From: Eledone cirrhosa
Lineage: Eukaryota
Assembly (NCBI GenBank): GCA_964016885.1
Contig: OZ024741.1
Span: 370,016,001 to 370,080,000 of the forward strand
DNA length: 64,000 nucleotides
Direction of reading: 5' to 3'
In this document: in pieces, positions 43,652 to 58,875 of the stretch
Layout of the letters: every line of letters begins with the position of its first letter
Numbering within the stretch: position 1 is the stretch's first letter
Notes under the pieces: model-generated
Told to the model about the DNA's origin: nothing
Seen by the model: only the letters and a program-made list of their open reading frames with translations
The model's database searches: none
Position numbers and translations under genes: made by a program

Positions 43652-45199
43652 ACCAGAGTATAACTGTAACTATTGACTTCCCTTCCAAACACCCTAACAA
43701 TAGACTACCTGTATTAGACACAGAACTCTGGATTAACACTATAAACGAGAGAGCCCAAATTCTCCACTCACACTATGCTAAACCCATGGCCTCCAAATAC
43801 CTGATACTCAAAAACTCAGCAATGTCCAGTAGTGCTAAGTTTAATATTCTGATCGCAGATTTGGTACGAGTGATGAAGAATGTGTCCCGCATGTGCGACC
43901 CAACAGAAATGGAAAGACACATCCAACACTTCATCAACCGCATGCAGTTCTCTGGCTACAATCAAAGAGACAGAGTCAGAGTATACGAAGGAGCCATGGA
44001 AAAGTATAAGACCCTCATAGAACTGGACATGAAAGGAATTTGCCCATTATACAGGAGCAAATCATGGAATAGCTTAGATAGGGCTAGACATAAGATAGGG
44101 AAAGCCACATCATGGTACGACAACCAGAGATACCAGAGTATCATGTTTGTGGACGCCACCCCTGGAGGGAAATTAGCTAACCAGTGTAGAAAGGCCCCGA
44201 GAAGGACCCACTTAAAAATAAAGGTGGTAGAAAAGCCAGGAACCACCATAAAATCCATGATCAGCAAAACCTACCCTTCTAAGAAAACCCACTGTACCAA
44301 TAGGAAATGTATCATATGTAAGGTGAACCCCCGGATAAATTGTAAAACTAGAAACGTAGTCTATAGCATAAGATGTACAGAGGGTACTTGCAGAAATATG
44401 ACAACAACATACATAGGTGAGACAGCTCGTAGCATAGGTGAAAGGATAGACCAACACTGGGGGGAACTAAAAGGACGAAAAAACGGGTCAGTACTATACG
44501 AACATGCTAGACAACAACATGACGGTAACATAGACAACATAGAAATTAGAATAATATCTAAACACAGAAATGACCCAGCAGATAGGCAAATCAGAGAGGC
44601 CAGTGAAATAGAAATTAGAAGACCAAAGCTAAACAGAAAGAATGAGTGGAATAGCAACAACACCCAAACAAACAACACTGACCCAAGAGAAGTATAAATA
44701 AGTAAATAAAATAAGATAAATAAATACATACACAAGCACAATAACAACAAGCACATAAACACACACTAGCCACCCAGCAAACACAACACTATACACACTA
44801 GCCACACAGCAAACATAACACTATACACACACGCAAACGCATGCGCAAAGAAGACAAAATAAAATAAACAAACAAGCAAATAAATAAATAAATATATAGA
44901 CAGACTGAATAAAAAATGGTGTAGACATACAACACAACAGGAGGAAAATATAACACCACTGACGATGTTGCAGATGTGCAACGAAAGATTTATGTAAATT
45001 ATGTAAACTATATATATGTGTTTATGTCTATATTGTATCTGTGTTATTTTTGACCGTCGGTCAGTCAATGGCAACATTGAGGACCGAGTAAGCTAGATTA
45101 CAGATATAAAAGACAGCGAGAAGCGAAAACCAACCAAACAGTGAGTGTGTTCTGTTATTAATTCTGGCAATATTACACAAATATGACCCTCCCCAAGTA

Positions 45200-45205
<6 letters not shown>
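43652..45205 (+). mobile_element. 5'-truncated Nematis-like PLE with 3' pLTR (HHR 44955-44996)
   Basis: ORF plus 3' pLTR ending ccccaagtataac-(TA)n. Confidence 0.88.
43654..44697 (+). CDS. PLE RT thumb + GIY-YIG endonuclease (Nematis-like), truncated
   Basis: The frame is open upstream of the listed ATG (IDFPSKHPNNRLPVLD..HYAKPMASK). SAMS..K, MQFSGY, FVDATPGG.L, KVVEKPG, C..C..C, NVVYSIRC...YIGETARS..ERI..H, LNRKNEW. Confidence 0.88.
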   Translation, partial: QSITVTIDFPSKHPNNRLPVLDTELWINTINERAQILHSHYAKPMASKYLILKNSAMSSSAKFNILIADLVRVMKNVSRMCDPTEMERHIQHFINRMQFSGYNQRDRVRVYEGAMEKYKTLIELDMKGICPLYRSKSWNSLDRARHKIGKATSWYDNQRYQSIMFVDATPGGKLANQCRKAPRRTHLKIKVVEKPGTTIKSMISKTYPSKKTHCTNRKCIICKVNPRINCKTRNVVYSIRCTEGTCRNMTTTYIGETARSIGERIDQHWGELKGRKNGSVLYEHARQQHDGNIDNIEIRIISKHRNDPADRQIREASEIEIRRPKLNRKNEWNSNNTQTNNTDPREV

Positions 45206-45239
<34 letters not shown>

Positions 45240-45496
45240 GTAGTTTGCTTGAAGCATTGTTGAATAGGAAACACAAATCTAAATAATTATGAAAACCATA
45301 CAATGCATTAGAAAGAAAATCAAGATTGCTAAGATAACAAAAGAATCTTACCTTAGCAAATTTGATGAGCCCAAATATTTTCGGGTTTTAAAACCCATCA
45401 TAAATGGAGTATCACTATGAGAGACTTAACAGATAGATCTGAGTTGACATGTCTGTTTGGAAAGCAGACTTAACTTAAATCTGATTGCCACACATA

Positions 45497-45588
<92 letters not shown>

Positions 45589-45691
45589 CCTTATCGGGGC
45601 TGATGATATGGAGTTACATAACTATCAACGATTTTTCATATCGATATTTTTTACTAAAACTCACTTTGGTTTTCTTCTACCATTGTTTAAC

Positions 45692-45734
<43 letters not shown>

Positions 45735-46627
45735 ATACATACATTTACTTAATTCTTTAGAGAAGAAATTTAAGTAGTGTATCTCTGCTTTTTCAAATTA
45801 GGGACAACATATTTCCACCTGGGCAAATCAATTTTGTATTACTCATTTTTTTCTATTATTTAACAGACTTTTGTGTTTGCATTACTTCGCCTACCTGTAC
45901 TTGTTTGCCTATGGTATGCTGGCTATGGTGAGATAGTTAGAGAAGGAGGTTGTGCCCGTATCTTTCCACCTACTTCAATTGTTTTTACCTATCTAAAGTC
46001 TATAGCCAAAGGCTCGTTAAACCGATGCTTATCCCAGTTTCATGGCGTGAAGTGACTGGAAGTACAAGACTTCCCCCTGGACAGAACGCCAGTCCGTTGC
46101 AGCGTTAAACCTCCAGCTATTGCTGGTACTCATTTTCAGCTGAGTACACTGGAGTAACATGAAATGAAGTGTTTTTTCTCAAGAGCACAACACGCCACCC
46201 AGCTCAGGCTCCTGTGATATGAGTATTTTGGAAGAAGGGATTGGTAGACGAGGAGTTTGCACCTGTAATATATTTTATTTTCGCATTTTTATTCCTTTAT
46301 TTTCTATGCAACCGGTTGATAGTATCAGCAATAGAAAGACCAAAAGAAACATTGTTTCCTAGTTTTATCTGATGATCGGCTCCTTTCAATTTTTCCTTGT
46401 TTTAACTGTTGTTGTTATTGTTACAGTTGATGATGATAGTGTAGTAGCTGTTGTTGGTGTCCTGTTGCTATATTGTAGTAGTTGTTGTTGCTGTAGATGT
46501 ACTTTCTGAATGATTTAAAAACATGTAATGAATATTCACCCCCGTTTCTATGTTCAATGTTTTCCTCTGTTGTTTAGCATAAGACCAGCATTTTGGTGCA
46601 AAGGGCAAAACTGATTAAATCTACGTA

Positions 46628-46898
46628 AGTCCTGTCAAGTCCAGGAACGAAGGTTAAGATCTTAAACCTCACTCGCTTAACGAGTGGGATGGAACTCATC
46701 AGACCGGACCAAAGAAACAATGTTTCTATTGATCATTCCAATTGCTAATACTATCTCCCGGTCATAACTCATGGCAGGAAAAGCGACGAGAAGTAAAGCG
46801 TCTTGCTTAAGGACATAACGCATCACCCGGCCTGGCAATCGAACCCACAACCTCACGATCATGAATCCAATTCTGTAACCACTAAGCCACGCGCCTTC
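46628..46898 (-). mobile_element. tRNA-derived SINE with a partial hammerhead-like tail
   Basis: A box TGGCTTAGTGG, B box GTTCGATTGCC. Tail gtccggt-CTGATGA-gttcca...tggac-ttg-acaggac. Confidence 0.65.
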
Positions 46899-46904
46899 AA
46901 TTCA

Positions 46905-48272
46905 ACCCAATTACTTTACTAGTTCTTTTTTTAACGATCCCTGAGAGGATAAAAAGCAAAGTTAATCTCACAAGGATTTGAAACCAAATTGAGAGCCGTA
47001 ACGAAATATTACGTCTGTACACTAACGATTCTGCCAATTCATCGTCTTCATATTCCTTTATAATAATTGTTTCTACTTTTGGTACAAGGCCAGCAATTAT
47101 CCCAGTGTATTACTGGTACTTTATTTAATCGACCCCGTAAGGATGAAAGGCAAAGTTAACCTCGGCGGCATTTGAACCCAGAATGGCAAGGGCCGTAACT
47201 CTATGCGTCAAAGCATGGCGTCCGACCCTCTACCGATACTGCCAATCACCCGCCCTCTTGCTTTATAATAATGAATTTTACTATAGGAACAAGGTCAGTA
47301 ATTTTGTGGTACGGGAAATCGACCCCAGTGCTTTACTGGTACTTTATTTTATCGACCCCGTAAGGATGAAAGGCAAACCTAACCTCGGCGGGATTTGAAC
47401 TTTACAGAACATAAAGAGCCAATAATGTAATTACACAACGGGATTTTATCTGACGCGCTACCAATTCTACCAAACCAGCAATAATAATTGTTTCTACTTT
47501 TGGCACAAGGCCAGCAATTCACCAATGCATTACTGGTACTTTATTCTATCGACCCCGGAAGGATGAAAGGCAAAGTTGACCTCGGCGGGATTTGAACTCA
47601 GATCATACAGATCAAACCAACAATAATATTACTGATTTCTACTTTAGACACAAGAACATTTGGGGGGGGGGGGGATTTGAACTCAGAACGTAAAGAGCCG
47701 GAACTCCATACCGCGAAGCATGGTGTCCGATGCTCTACTGATTCTGCCAATACTTCACCCTAAATAATTGTTTCTACTTTTGACACAAGGCCAGCAATTA
47801 TCCCAGTACATTACTGGTACTTTATTTTATCGACCTCGTAAGGATGAAAAGCAAAGTTAATCTCGACGGGATTTGAACTCAGAACGTAAAGAGACGTAAC
47901 TCAATGCTGTAAATCATGGTGTCCGACGCTCTACCGATACTGCCAATCCACCGCCCTTATAATAATAATTGTTTCTACTTTAGGCACAAGGCCAGCAATT
48001 ATCCCAGTGTATTACTGGTACTTTATTTTATCGACCCCGTATGGATGAAAGGCAAAGTTAACCTCGGCGGGATTTGAACTCATACCATAAAGGGCCGTAA
48101 CTCTATGCTGCAAATCATGGCGTCCGACTCTCTACCGATACTGCCAATCCACCGCCCTTATAATAATAATTATTTCTAGTTTTGGCACAAGGTCAGCAAA
48201 AACCCAGTGTATTACTGGTACTTTATTTTATCGACCTCGCAAGGATGAAAGGCAAAGTTAACCTCGGCGGAA
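46905..48272 (-). mobile_element. Head-to-tail cluster of ~8 MetaSINE-like copies
   Basis: Repeated consensus, each copy starting (on +) at taataattgtttctac. Confidence 0.87.
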
Positions 48273-48550
48273 AATGATAATAATAAGCCTACTGCTACGT
48301 CAGTTGATTTTTCTGTTGCTCCATAAGAATAAGCCTACTACTGCGTCAGCTTCTAGCAGTTAGTGATCTCCAATCAAAGCACCTGCTTGTCAGCTAGGTA
48401 CGCCGAACAATACAAGCTAATCATTGTTATCAAAGCAGCCAATCAAATTTCACTATATTATAACTTATTTTATCTGTCAGTCATTAGCTGCAAAGTATGT
48501 CCGCCAGCTTTGCTGACTGTATTTTTTCTTTTGAATATGTGTGTGTGTTC

Positions 48551-48711
<161 letters not shown>

Positions 48712-48934
48712 CGTGTGTGTATATATATATATATATACGAATGTATATGTGTATATATATATATACACATATATATATTCATATATATATGTATATCTAT
48801 ATCTATCTATCTATCTATCTATATATCTATATATGGTGTCCCCAAATGTATATACACTTTGATTACCTGTACAGGCAATATTTATTAGAATGGTGTATAC
48901 GTTTTTGGGGAGACCCTGTATATACGGACACACG

Positions 48935-48968
<34 letters not shown>

Positions 48969-48994
48969 AATGTAATCTGAGTTTTTCCAATAGT

Positions 48995-49190
48995 AATAAT
49001 TGTTTCTACTTTTAGCACAGGGCCAGCAATTACCTAGTGTATTACTGGTACTTTATTTTATCAACCCCATAAGGATGAAAGGCAAAGTTAACCTCGGCGG
49101 GATTTAAACTCAGAATGGCAAGGGCCGTAACTCTATACGTCAAAGCATGGCGTCCGACCCTCTACCGATACTGCCAATCCACCGCCCTCT
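48995..49190 (-). mobile_element. MetaSINE-like copy with TSD ttttccaatagtaataat
   Basis: Duplication at ~48983 and ~49190. Confidence 0.85.
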
Positions 49191-49403
49191 TTTCCAATAG
49201 TAATAATAATATTCGATTCGTTTGCAATTATGCAAACAAGCTACATTTTTAAAGCCATGTCAGTAGAATGAGCCCCTTATTCTTTTTTTTATTTTATATA
49301 TATATATATGTATGTATATATGTATATATATTTACATGAATATATATATGTATGTATATTTATATGTGTGTGCGTGTATACATATATATTTAATTTTCTT
49401 ATG

Positions 49404-49453
49404 ACAGGCTGAATGAGTTGGAGTCTAGAACCCAACGAAACTTGATTACCTGT
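49404..49453 (+). ncRNA. Type I hammerhead variant with a one-base core insertion
   Basis: acagg-CTGAATGA-GTTGG..CCAAC-GAAA-CTTGAT-TA-cctgt; stems I and II are perfect. Confidence 0.65.
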
Positions 49454-49483
49454 TTATGTCACTGTTGTAATTGCAATTATATA

Positions 49484-49522
<39 letters not shown>

Positions 49523-50304
49523 AGGTTTCTGCATACTAAATATACAATACTGTTGGGGTCACCCATTTTTAATGCCTTCTTTAACATCCGTATAACTGAC
49601 AGGACCATGGATCTCCACCTAGAAAATCTTACTTCGGTCTGTGTTGGTAGAGCGTGCTGATGTAATATTAAAAAAGTGACCTCAATGCAGTAGAAGCCTG
49701 GCAAATATTATGTTTAAGACCAGCAATTATCCATGCAGCTGGAAGCCCTATTTATTGCCGAGTTTAGCTTGAAGTATGAGTAACTTGTGTTATGGGCCCT
49801 ACATTTTCATGGCTCTGCGCTGACGGTTTAATATAATGGTACTATACTGTGTTTAACTTTATGTCACATTAAAAAAAAAAACCTTTGGCACCTTTATAGT
49901 ATATGGTACAGGCCCCGTATTAACGTGTCCGGCACGTGTTTGGCCTGATAAAGTTTGCGAGAGTCGCTAGCGCGAAGTTGAAGACTCAGGACTGCCTAGA
50001 GGACTTCAATTCAAGATTTGTCGTCACGCTCCCAATATTTGATAGGTACTCCTACATTTTTATCAAAGCTAAAAGGATAATGAATTAAGTCGACCATAGC
50101 CAGTTTCGAACTAAAAAAGCAAAGAGGTGGAACAAATACAGCAACCATTTTGCTCAACGATCTAACGATTCTGTTACCGACGGTTCTGTATGTAGTATAG
50201 GGACCTCAAAACATACATACAACTTCAATATTCAGCATGTAATACAGTGTGCACCGGACGTCCATCAATTCTGGTGACAAGTGTCCCTGTCGTTCGATCA
50301 ATTT

Positions 50305-50572
50305 GAACAGCATGCTCGTGAAATTAACGTGCAAATGGCTGAGAATTCCATGGTCACATGCACCACAAAGTCTCCAGAAAATCTCAACTGAAACAATGTG
50401 TACAAACCTGGCCCTTTGAATAAAAGGGACAACACGTTTTTTCCCGAGTGAATGGCCTAGTGCAACGTGAAATAAAGTGTTTTGCACAAGGTCCTACGTA
50501 TCAATGAGAATTGAACACACATCATTACGATTGTGCGCCAAACACTTTACCCACTAAGCAACGAGCTTTCAC
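50305..50572 (-). mobile_element. Older tRNA-derived SINE (different tail)
   Basis: Decayed A/B boxes and the shared cactttatttcacgttgc segment. Tail-related fragments at ~36080-36210 and ~55215-55320. Confidence 0.55.
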
Positions 50573-50589
50573 AGTTTATGCTATGAAAT

Positions 50590-51545
<956 letters not shown>

Positions 51546-51869
51546 AAAACACCTTTCTGTCGTTATTTAGCTCCAAGTGAGCGGAGTTACTAGCTTGCAT
51601 AGAATCAAAGACGTTCCGGCCATGACCATGTCGGCTTGTTAATTTATTTTTTTTATTTTTTTTAAGACAAGATTAAATTTACAGCATATAACATAAAACT
51701 ATGGCGGTAAACAAATAATACTTGGTAGTATATGCCCTGTTTCTGCGAGGGTTTTAGGTGCCCATGAAGTAAAGAAAAACATATACCCTCTCGATCGTCC
51801 CTCTTTTGGTCTAGAGGAACATCCAGCTGGAAGGAGGGAGAGAGAAAGAGAGAGCTGCACCAGGACTAA

Positions 51870-52202
51870 GCTGGTACGGTACGTTCTTTATCGACACCGA
51901 AAGGATGAAAGGTAAACTGGCTTTGAACTCAGAACCCGAAACAAATATTCAACGCACTAACATCTCTGCCAAATCAAACACTTTATGAGAAGGAAAATAA
52001 TGGTTTCTGATTTAGGCACAAAGCCAGCAATTTCGGGGTGGGAAAAGTCGATTAAATCCACCCCAGTTCATTACTGGTACTTTATTTTATCAACCCCATT
52101 AGGATGAAAGGCAAAGCTAACCTCGGGGAACGCAAAGGACCGTAACTCTATACCACGAAGCATGTTGTCCAACGCTCTACCGATACTGCCAATCCACCGC
52201 CT
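51870..52202 (-). mobile_element. Two MetaSINE-like copies; TSD tatgagaaggaaaataat
   Basis: Consensus match; duplication at ~51984 and ~52205. Confidence 0.75.
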
Positions 52203-52894
52203 TCTATGAGAAGGAAAATAATACATAGATAACAGAGTTTATTTTAGAACTGCACATATACTTGAGGCAAACCCACTTTTTGATAGTCTCTGACTCAGAG
52301 AAGAAATCGGAATGGTTATTTTTAACATTTTATGAATGTTTAAAATCTTTTAACCATCATTTACCATGTAAATATATGTAAACTTACTGCATGAATTTAT
52401 ATTTATAACTGCAAAAAAGGGCAAAATGTACGCTAAAATAATCACTGATATAAGAAATACAAAAGACAAAGAAATACAGTAAGCACATTTAAAGCAGCTA
52501 TAGCAAGGGAATTAACTATTTTGATTGCAACCCGGCCAAAACCAGCTCTGGTTCTGTGAAGGAAAATAAAAACATTAAAGGGTTTCTATTTTAAATAAAA
52601 TCTCCCTACAAAACTTTATAGAAGAACCATATATTACCGCATTTGACAACCAAAAATTTGAAAAAAAAAAAACAATAAACAACCTTCGGCCTCCAGAACG
52701 CATGGTAGATTTTTTAGACTTATTTTAAGAAAAAAGTAGCATCTTCGACGCCGGGAAATACGGTAAGTAACTATCTGAGTAATTAAATGAGTAAGAAATT
52801 TGAATAAATCCTTAGAAGAATCTTCTTATTGAAAGTGAATTTTTGAAAAAATATGGTCACGAAAAGATTAAAACAGATTAAAAAAATTAGTACA

Positions 52895-53112
52895 AAAGGG
52901 CAAATTTAAAACATATGAGAAGGGATTTTATAGAAGGGCAAATTTAAAACATATACGAAGGGATTTAATGGAAGGGCAAATTTAAAACATATAAGAAGGG
53001 ATTTAATAAAAGGGCAAATTAAAAACATATAAGAAGGGATTTAATGGAAGGGCAAATATAAATTATATGAGAAGAGTTTTGATAGAAAGGCAAATTTAAA
53101 TCATATAAGAAA
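52895..53112. repeat. 38-bp minisatellite x~6
   Basis: aagggcaaatttaaaacatataagaagggatttaat variants. Confidence 0.9.
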
Positions 53113-53408
53113 TTTGAAACATATAAGTCAACTAAATACATTGAACAAATTCTAAAAAAAAAGACATGACATAAAGTGGATTAGGTTTTAAACATTTCTT
53201 TTTATTTGAAACGTTACTAACAAATGTTTACTGAACAAAACTGCAACAGACTGGTTTCATTATTGAATTATTTATCTACCATGCATCAAACTTTATTTAA
53301 ATATATACACGTTATTATATACACACGCACATTTTGCATGTATATATGTGTGTGAGTGTTTGTGTGTGCGTGTGCATGTATGTATATAAATATATATGCA
53401 TACATAAG

Positions 53409-53465
<57 letters not shown>

Positions 53466-53551
53466 TCACATACACATACGTATGTATACATAAACACACA
53501 CACAAACACACATATATACATAAATATACACGTACACATATAGACGTTATA

Positions 53552-53615
<64 letters not shown>

Positions 53616-53674
53616 CATATATATATATACATGTATATATATATATATATATATTTATATTCACACATATAGAC

Positions 53675-53774
<100 letters not shown>

Positions 53775-54596
53775 AACACACATATATATGTATATATACA
53801 TATATATACACATGGACAGATAGAGAGAAAGTGAGAGCTAAGAAAGGAAGAGAGGTTTATTGTTCGAATAGTTTAGTAACACGCCAACCCTTTGTTTGAA
53901 AGAATTATATCAGTCAAAAGATGTTCCAAACGTGACCATCTTGTCATGATTTTTCAGACATCAATGTATTTGGTATTTAGATTTCTTTTTTATGTATGTG
54001 TTTTTTTGTAACATTTTTTTTTTCATTTGCTGTTTTTTTTTTGTTTTTTTTTTCAACTTTCAAGACGACACTGCGGGAGATTTGACTGCAATTTCTAGTG
54101 TTTCATATGAACACGTCGAGACACTCCTATTGACCGAGGAAGATTCTGTAGAGTCATGTGGGTAGACATGAGTGCTTCCGGTAGATTTAATAATGTAAAA
54201 ACAGTTTCTGAGAAATACCGTGCAAGGTGAAATTCCCATTATATATATAAATCGTTTTATTTTTCTCAAAATTAAAATTCGAAGGCTTTCCAACCATGAC
54301 AATTCCATACTTGTATATCTAGGAATATATTGTCCACTGTAACCTTTCTTTCTTTAAAAATGGCGGAGAGTGATATGACGGAGATATGGTTACTATAACT
54401 AGCTGGTCATCCGACCTACTAGAATATTCCATATTCGATAATATTCACTTTATATTTGAAGTTTCCTTGAATGGTGTTTATATTTTTATAAGTTCTGACC
54501 ATGCTCATTCATATATAAAAAAGGCCACCATTTACGTAACAAATTTCAACTTATACTCATATATATATATATATGTAAGTATATATATATATATAA

Positions 54597-54663
<67 letters not shown>

Positions 54664-54983
54664 AGTATATATGTATGCTGTATGTATGTATGTAAACACA
54701 CACACATAATGCTCAACAAAAGAGAGACTAAGAAAACATAGTAAGGAAGAACTACCAAACTTTTTTCAGTATTATGTAGTACTCGACACATTATAAGATG
54801 CAGAGTAAGCACATTTAAAGCGAGCTCACCGCTATTTGTATTTTCATTTATTTTTAGATAATTTTTTACATTTTTTAAATATTTTTCTGCTGCCATGGTT
54901 CATTAAATGACAGATGTAGGATTCTAGATAATATATATATATATACATGCGTGTATATATATATTTTTTTTTTTATATATACA

Positions 54984-55024
<41 letters not shown>

Positions 55025-55027
55025 GTG

Positions 55028-55121
<94 letters not shown>

Positions 55122-55349
55122 TATTAATATATATATATATGTACATACACACATATATATACGAGTATTCCAATTGTTCGATTAACGGAACACCCTGCTT
55201 GTGAAATTTAATTCCAAGTGTTCAAACATTCCACCCACGAGTGTACCCTTAATATATTATTCAGGTTCAGAGTTACACACTTTGTGACGTGGCTGGCCCT
55301 TTGAATTTCATGTACAGTTCGTTGGAACAGGTTCCGAAATAGTTTCCGC

Positions 55350-55381
<32 letters not shown>

Positions 55382-55406
55382 ATATATATATGCATATATA
55401 TATATA

Positions 55407-55504
<98 letters not shown>

Positions 55505-55667
55505 ATGTATATGTATATATATATGTATTTATATATGTGTATATGTGTGTGTATGTAGTATGCCTGTGCTATATACATCTATATGTACAATACCTTCTGT
55601 GAATATTAATTTAGTACTTCACATGTATTTGTTGACATTCATCCCATTATGGCTACTAATATACATT

Positions 55668-55707
<40 letters not shown>

Positions 55708-55714
55708 CTATGTG

Positions 55715-55767
<53 letters not shown>

Positions 55768-55809
55768 TCTCCCCATTTTTTCATATATATATATATAGCT
55801 ATGTGTATG

Positions 55810-55942
<133 letters not shown>

Positions 55943-56199
55943 ATATATACTGTATATTTATATATACACATGTGAGTGGATACCGACATACACCCAAACA
56001 CATATATGCATTTATAAATATATGTTTATATATTTTGAAAATAGAATTAGAAGAAGTGTGGTGATGTAAATTATATTCTATTATGGGGTTTTATATGCCA
56101 TATGAGACTATTTTCTGTAGTCAATATACGGTGAAAGCTTCTAATCATATTTTCAACAATTTTAATCATCACCGTATTCTAATCCACACGTGCTTACAT

Positions 56200-56395
<196 letters not shown>

Positions 56396-56402
56396 GTATA
56401 TA

Positions 56403-56682
<280 letters not shown>

Positions 56683-57003
56683 CATATATATATATATATG
56701 CAAAGATATGTATGTATATAGATTAACTCTATACACGTGTTTGTGCCAGTATGTTAATGATGAATGATAGGTCCGTGCATAACTGTATTTATATACATTA
56801 ACGTGGGCTGTCTATGCATACGAAATCTCTATTTTATACTTATATATATATACAAACACATATACATATAAACATATACGCATCTATATATATAACATTC
56901 ATGTGATGTAATGTCTGCACACCTCGTCGGCTTGAGTATATTTTGCAGTAAATTCTGTCCACTTTTACGATATTTTGAGGTGATTTCAACTTGCTTGCCG
57001 TCA

Positions 57004-57214
57004 CTAGCTCGCAGCAGCTTGCAAGCTGTTCTCCCGACTACGATCACCCTCTTCTGTCCACGGTTGCAAATTCTGCAGAGCATGTAGTGAAGAGTTTGCC
57101 ATACATAGAGGGTCCCTTGTATCGTAGATTGTCTTTGATGCTTCGGCTTGTAGCGACATGAGGAATCGATTGGCAGCTTGGCGCTCGGCCTCTCGTTCTT
57201 CGGCAGTCTGACGT
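57004..57214 (-). CDS. Tlx: Tlx/Hox11 homeobox gene, last coding exon (absent from the supplied ORF track)
   Basis: The acceptor ttcacAG at 57215-57216 is in phase with the upstream exon. Encodes [22 protein letters not shown]...[19 protein letters not shown]...AAAS-TAG, matching TLX C-terminal motifs. Confidence 0.95.
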
Positions 57215-57318
57215 CTGTGAATACAAAGGAAAGTGTCCAGTATGAGAGAAATAAATAATGTATATATACATTACATACATACATACACATATACATACAT
57301 ACTTACATACATACATAC

Positions 57319-57355
<37 letters not shown>

Positions 57356-57399
57356 CATAGATACTTACATACATACTTACAAACGTACTTACATACATA

Positions 57400-57715
57400 C
57401 ATGATGGCTCCCCCCTCGTTATCGAGTATGGCCATTGCACGAGATACCATTATTAATAATTATTAATTAATGCTATCGTGCAATGCCTGTGCGTGAAGAG
57501 TTTTTTTAAAGTGAGGAAAGACTGTGCACTGAGCCAATCCCACTCTCTGAGCGACAGTAGCTATAACCCGAAAAAAAAGAAAAGATCAACAACATCGGTA
57601 ACTACTGAGCCGCAGGTTTTATATAGGAGTTATCCCAGTTTCCTGAGTTGCCTTCTCCTAGAAAAATGCCCCGACAAAAGCTAGGGTCCTTCACGATTAT
57701 TCCTTTGTCCCCGCG
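57400..57715 (-). mobile_element. RTE-related non-autonomous element in the Tlx intron
   Basis: Reverse-complement homolog of 40650-40942. Confidence 0.75.
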
Positions 57716-57928
57716 CATACACACTTACATACAAACACATACACTCACACAGACATGTATTCATACATACATCCATGCATGCATATATGTATACATACAT
57801 ACACACATACATATACACATACATACACACATACACACATACATCCATAAATACATACATACATACATACATCCGCGCATACATACATACATATATTCGT
57901 ACATACATACATATATATACATACATAC

Positions 57929-58145
57929 CTCCATTTTGTTCTTCTGTTCTGGAACCAGGTTTTTACTTGAGCGTCAGTCATTTTCAATGCCTTGGCTAGA
58001 GCCGAACGTTCAGCGGAAGCCAGGTATTTCTGGCGATGGAATCGTTTCTCTAGTTCCATTATTTGCGAACGAGAGAATGAAGTTCTGGGCTTCTTTCTCT
58101 TAGGAGGAGTTCGGTTTTGGTAGGGATGTCCAATCCGTCTCACAA
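57929..58145 (-). CDS. Tlx: Tlx/Hox11 homeobox exon (217 bp)
   Basis: [71 protein letters not shown], with the Tlx-typical KTWFQN. Acceptor ttccttcacAG, donor GTATGT. Confidence 0.97.
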
Positions 58146-58419
58146 CTGTGAAGGAAAATAATAAATATATGAAATATAAGCAACATACAAAAGATTTAGT
58201 AATAAATTACTTATAGTAAGTATTATTCCTAACATAATTACAAATCTAGCAGTTGTAGGGAAGTGGAAATCTATTAAATCCATCCAGTATTTGACTAGTA
58301 TTTTATTTTATCGAACTTGGATGGATGAAAGACAAAGCTGATCTTGGCGGTATTTTGTCTGTCGCTCCAACGATATGGCCAATCTACCACCCTTCTACAA
58401 TTAACTACATTTTCTCTGG

Positions 58420-58875
58420 CTACCCAGTCTTATCCAAAAAGTAATATATCCACAGACAGGATCCATACACTGGAAGTTATGCCAACATTATGAATTACCA
58501 ACAGAAAAAAGGTATATATACACGCCAGAAAAGGTGACAGAGAATGACAAAGCAAACATTGTCTGGGATAAGCCAAATCATACAGACAGAGAGATCAAAG
58601 CCAAAACCGACCTGATATTATAATCAAGTACCACATAGAAAAAGATATCTTCTAACTGATATACCAATTTCCACAGACGACAATACATTTACCAAGGAAA
58701 TGGAGAAACTATCCAAGTATAAAGATCTATAATGTGGCTATTGAAAACAGAAACAATGCCTATAATAATAGGTGCTCTGGAAATGATAAAAACACAGATA
58801 CATAACGAAAACTCCAAATATATACAGCATACAAAAAATAGCACGATTCGGCACTGCACACATATCGCTTGGGGA
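58420..58875 (+). pseudogene. Old degraded R4-clade REL endonuclease fragment
   Basis: YIHRQD, PEKVTENDKANIVWDKPNHTDREIKA, KLSKYKDL, MPIIIGALEMI; parallels the C-terminus of the 60702 ORF. Confidence 0.7.

Noticed and set aside
45371-45407. Possible decayed HHR on the minus strand (cca-TTTATGA-TGGGTT..AACCC-GAAA-ATA-TT-tgg)
   Set aside because: Two core substitutions; too degenerate to call.
57745-57928. C-terminal YVCI-rich extension of the homeobox ORF
   Set aside because: Read-through past the GT donor into an intronic microsatellite.
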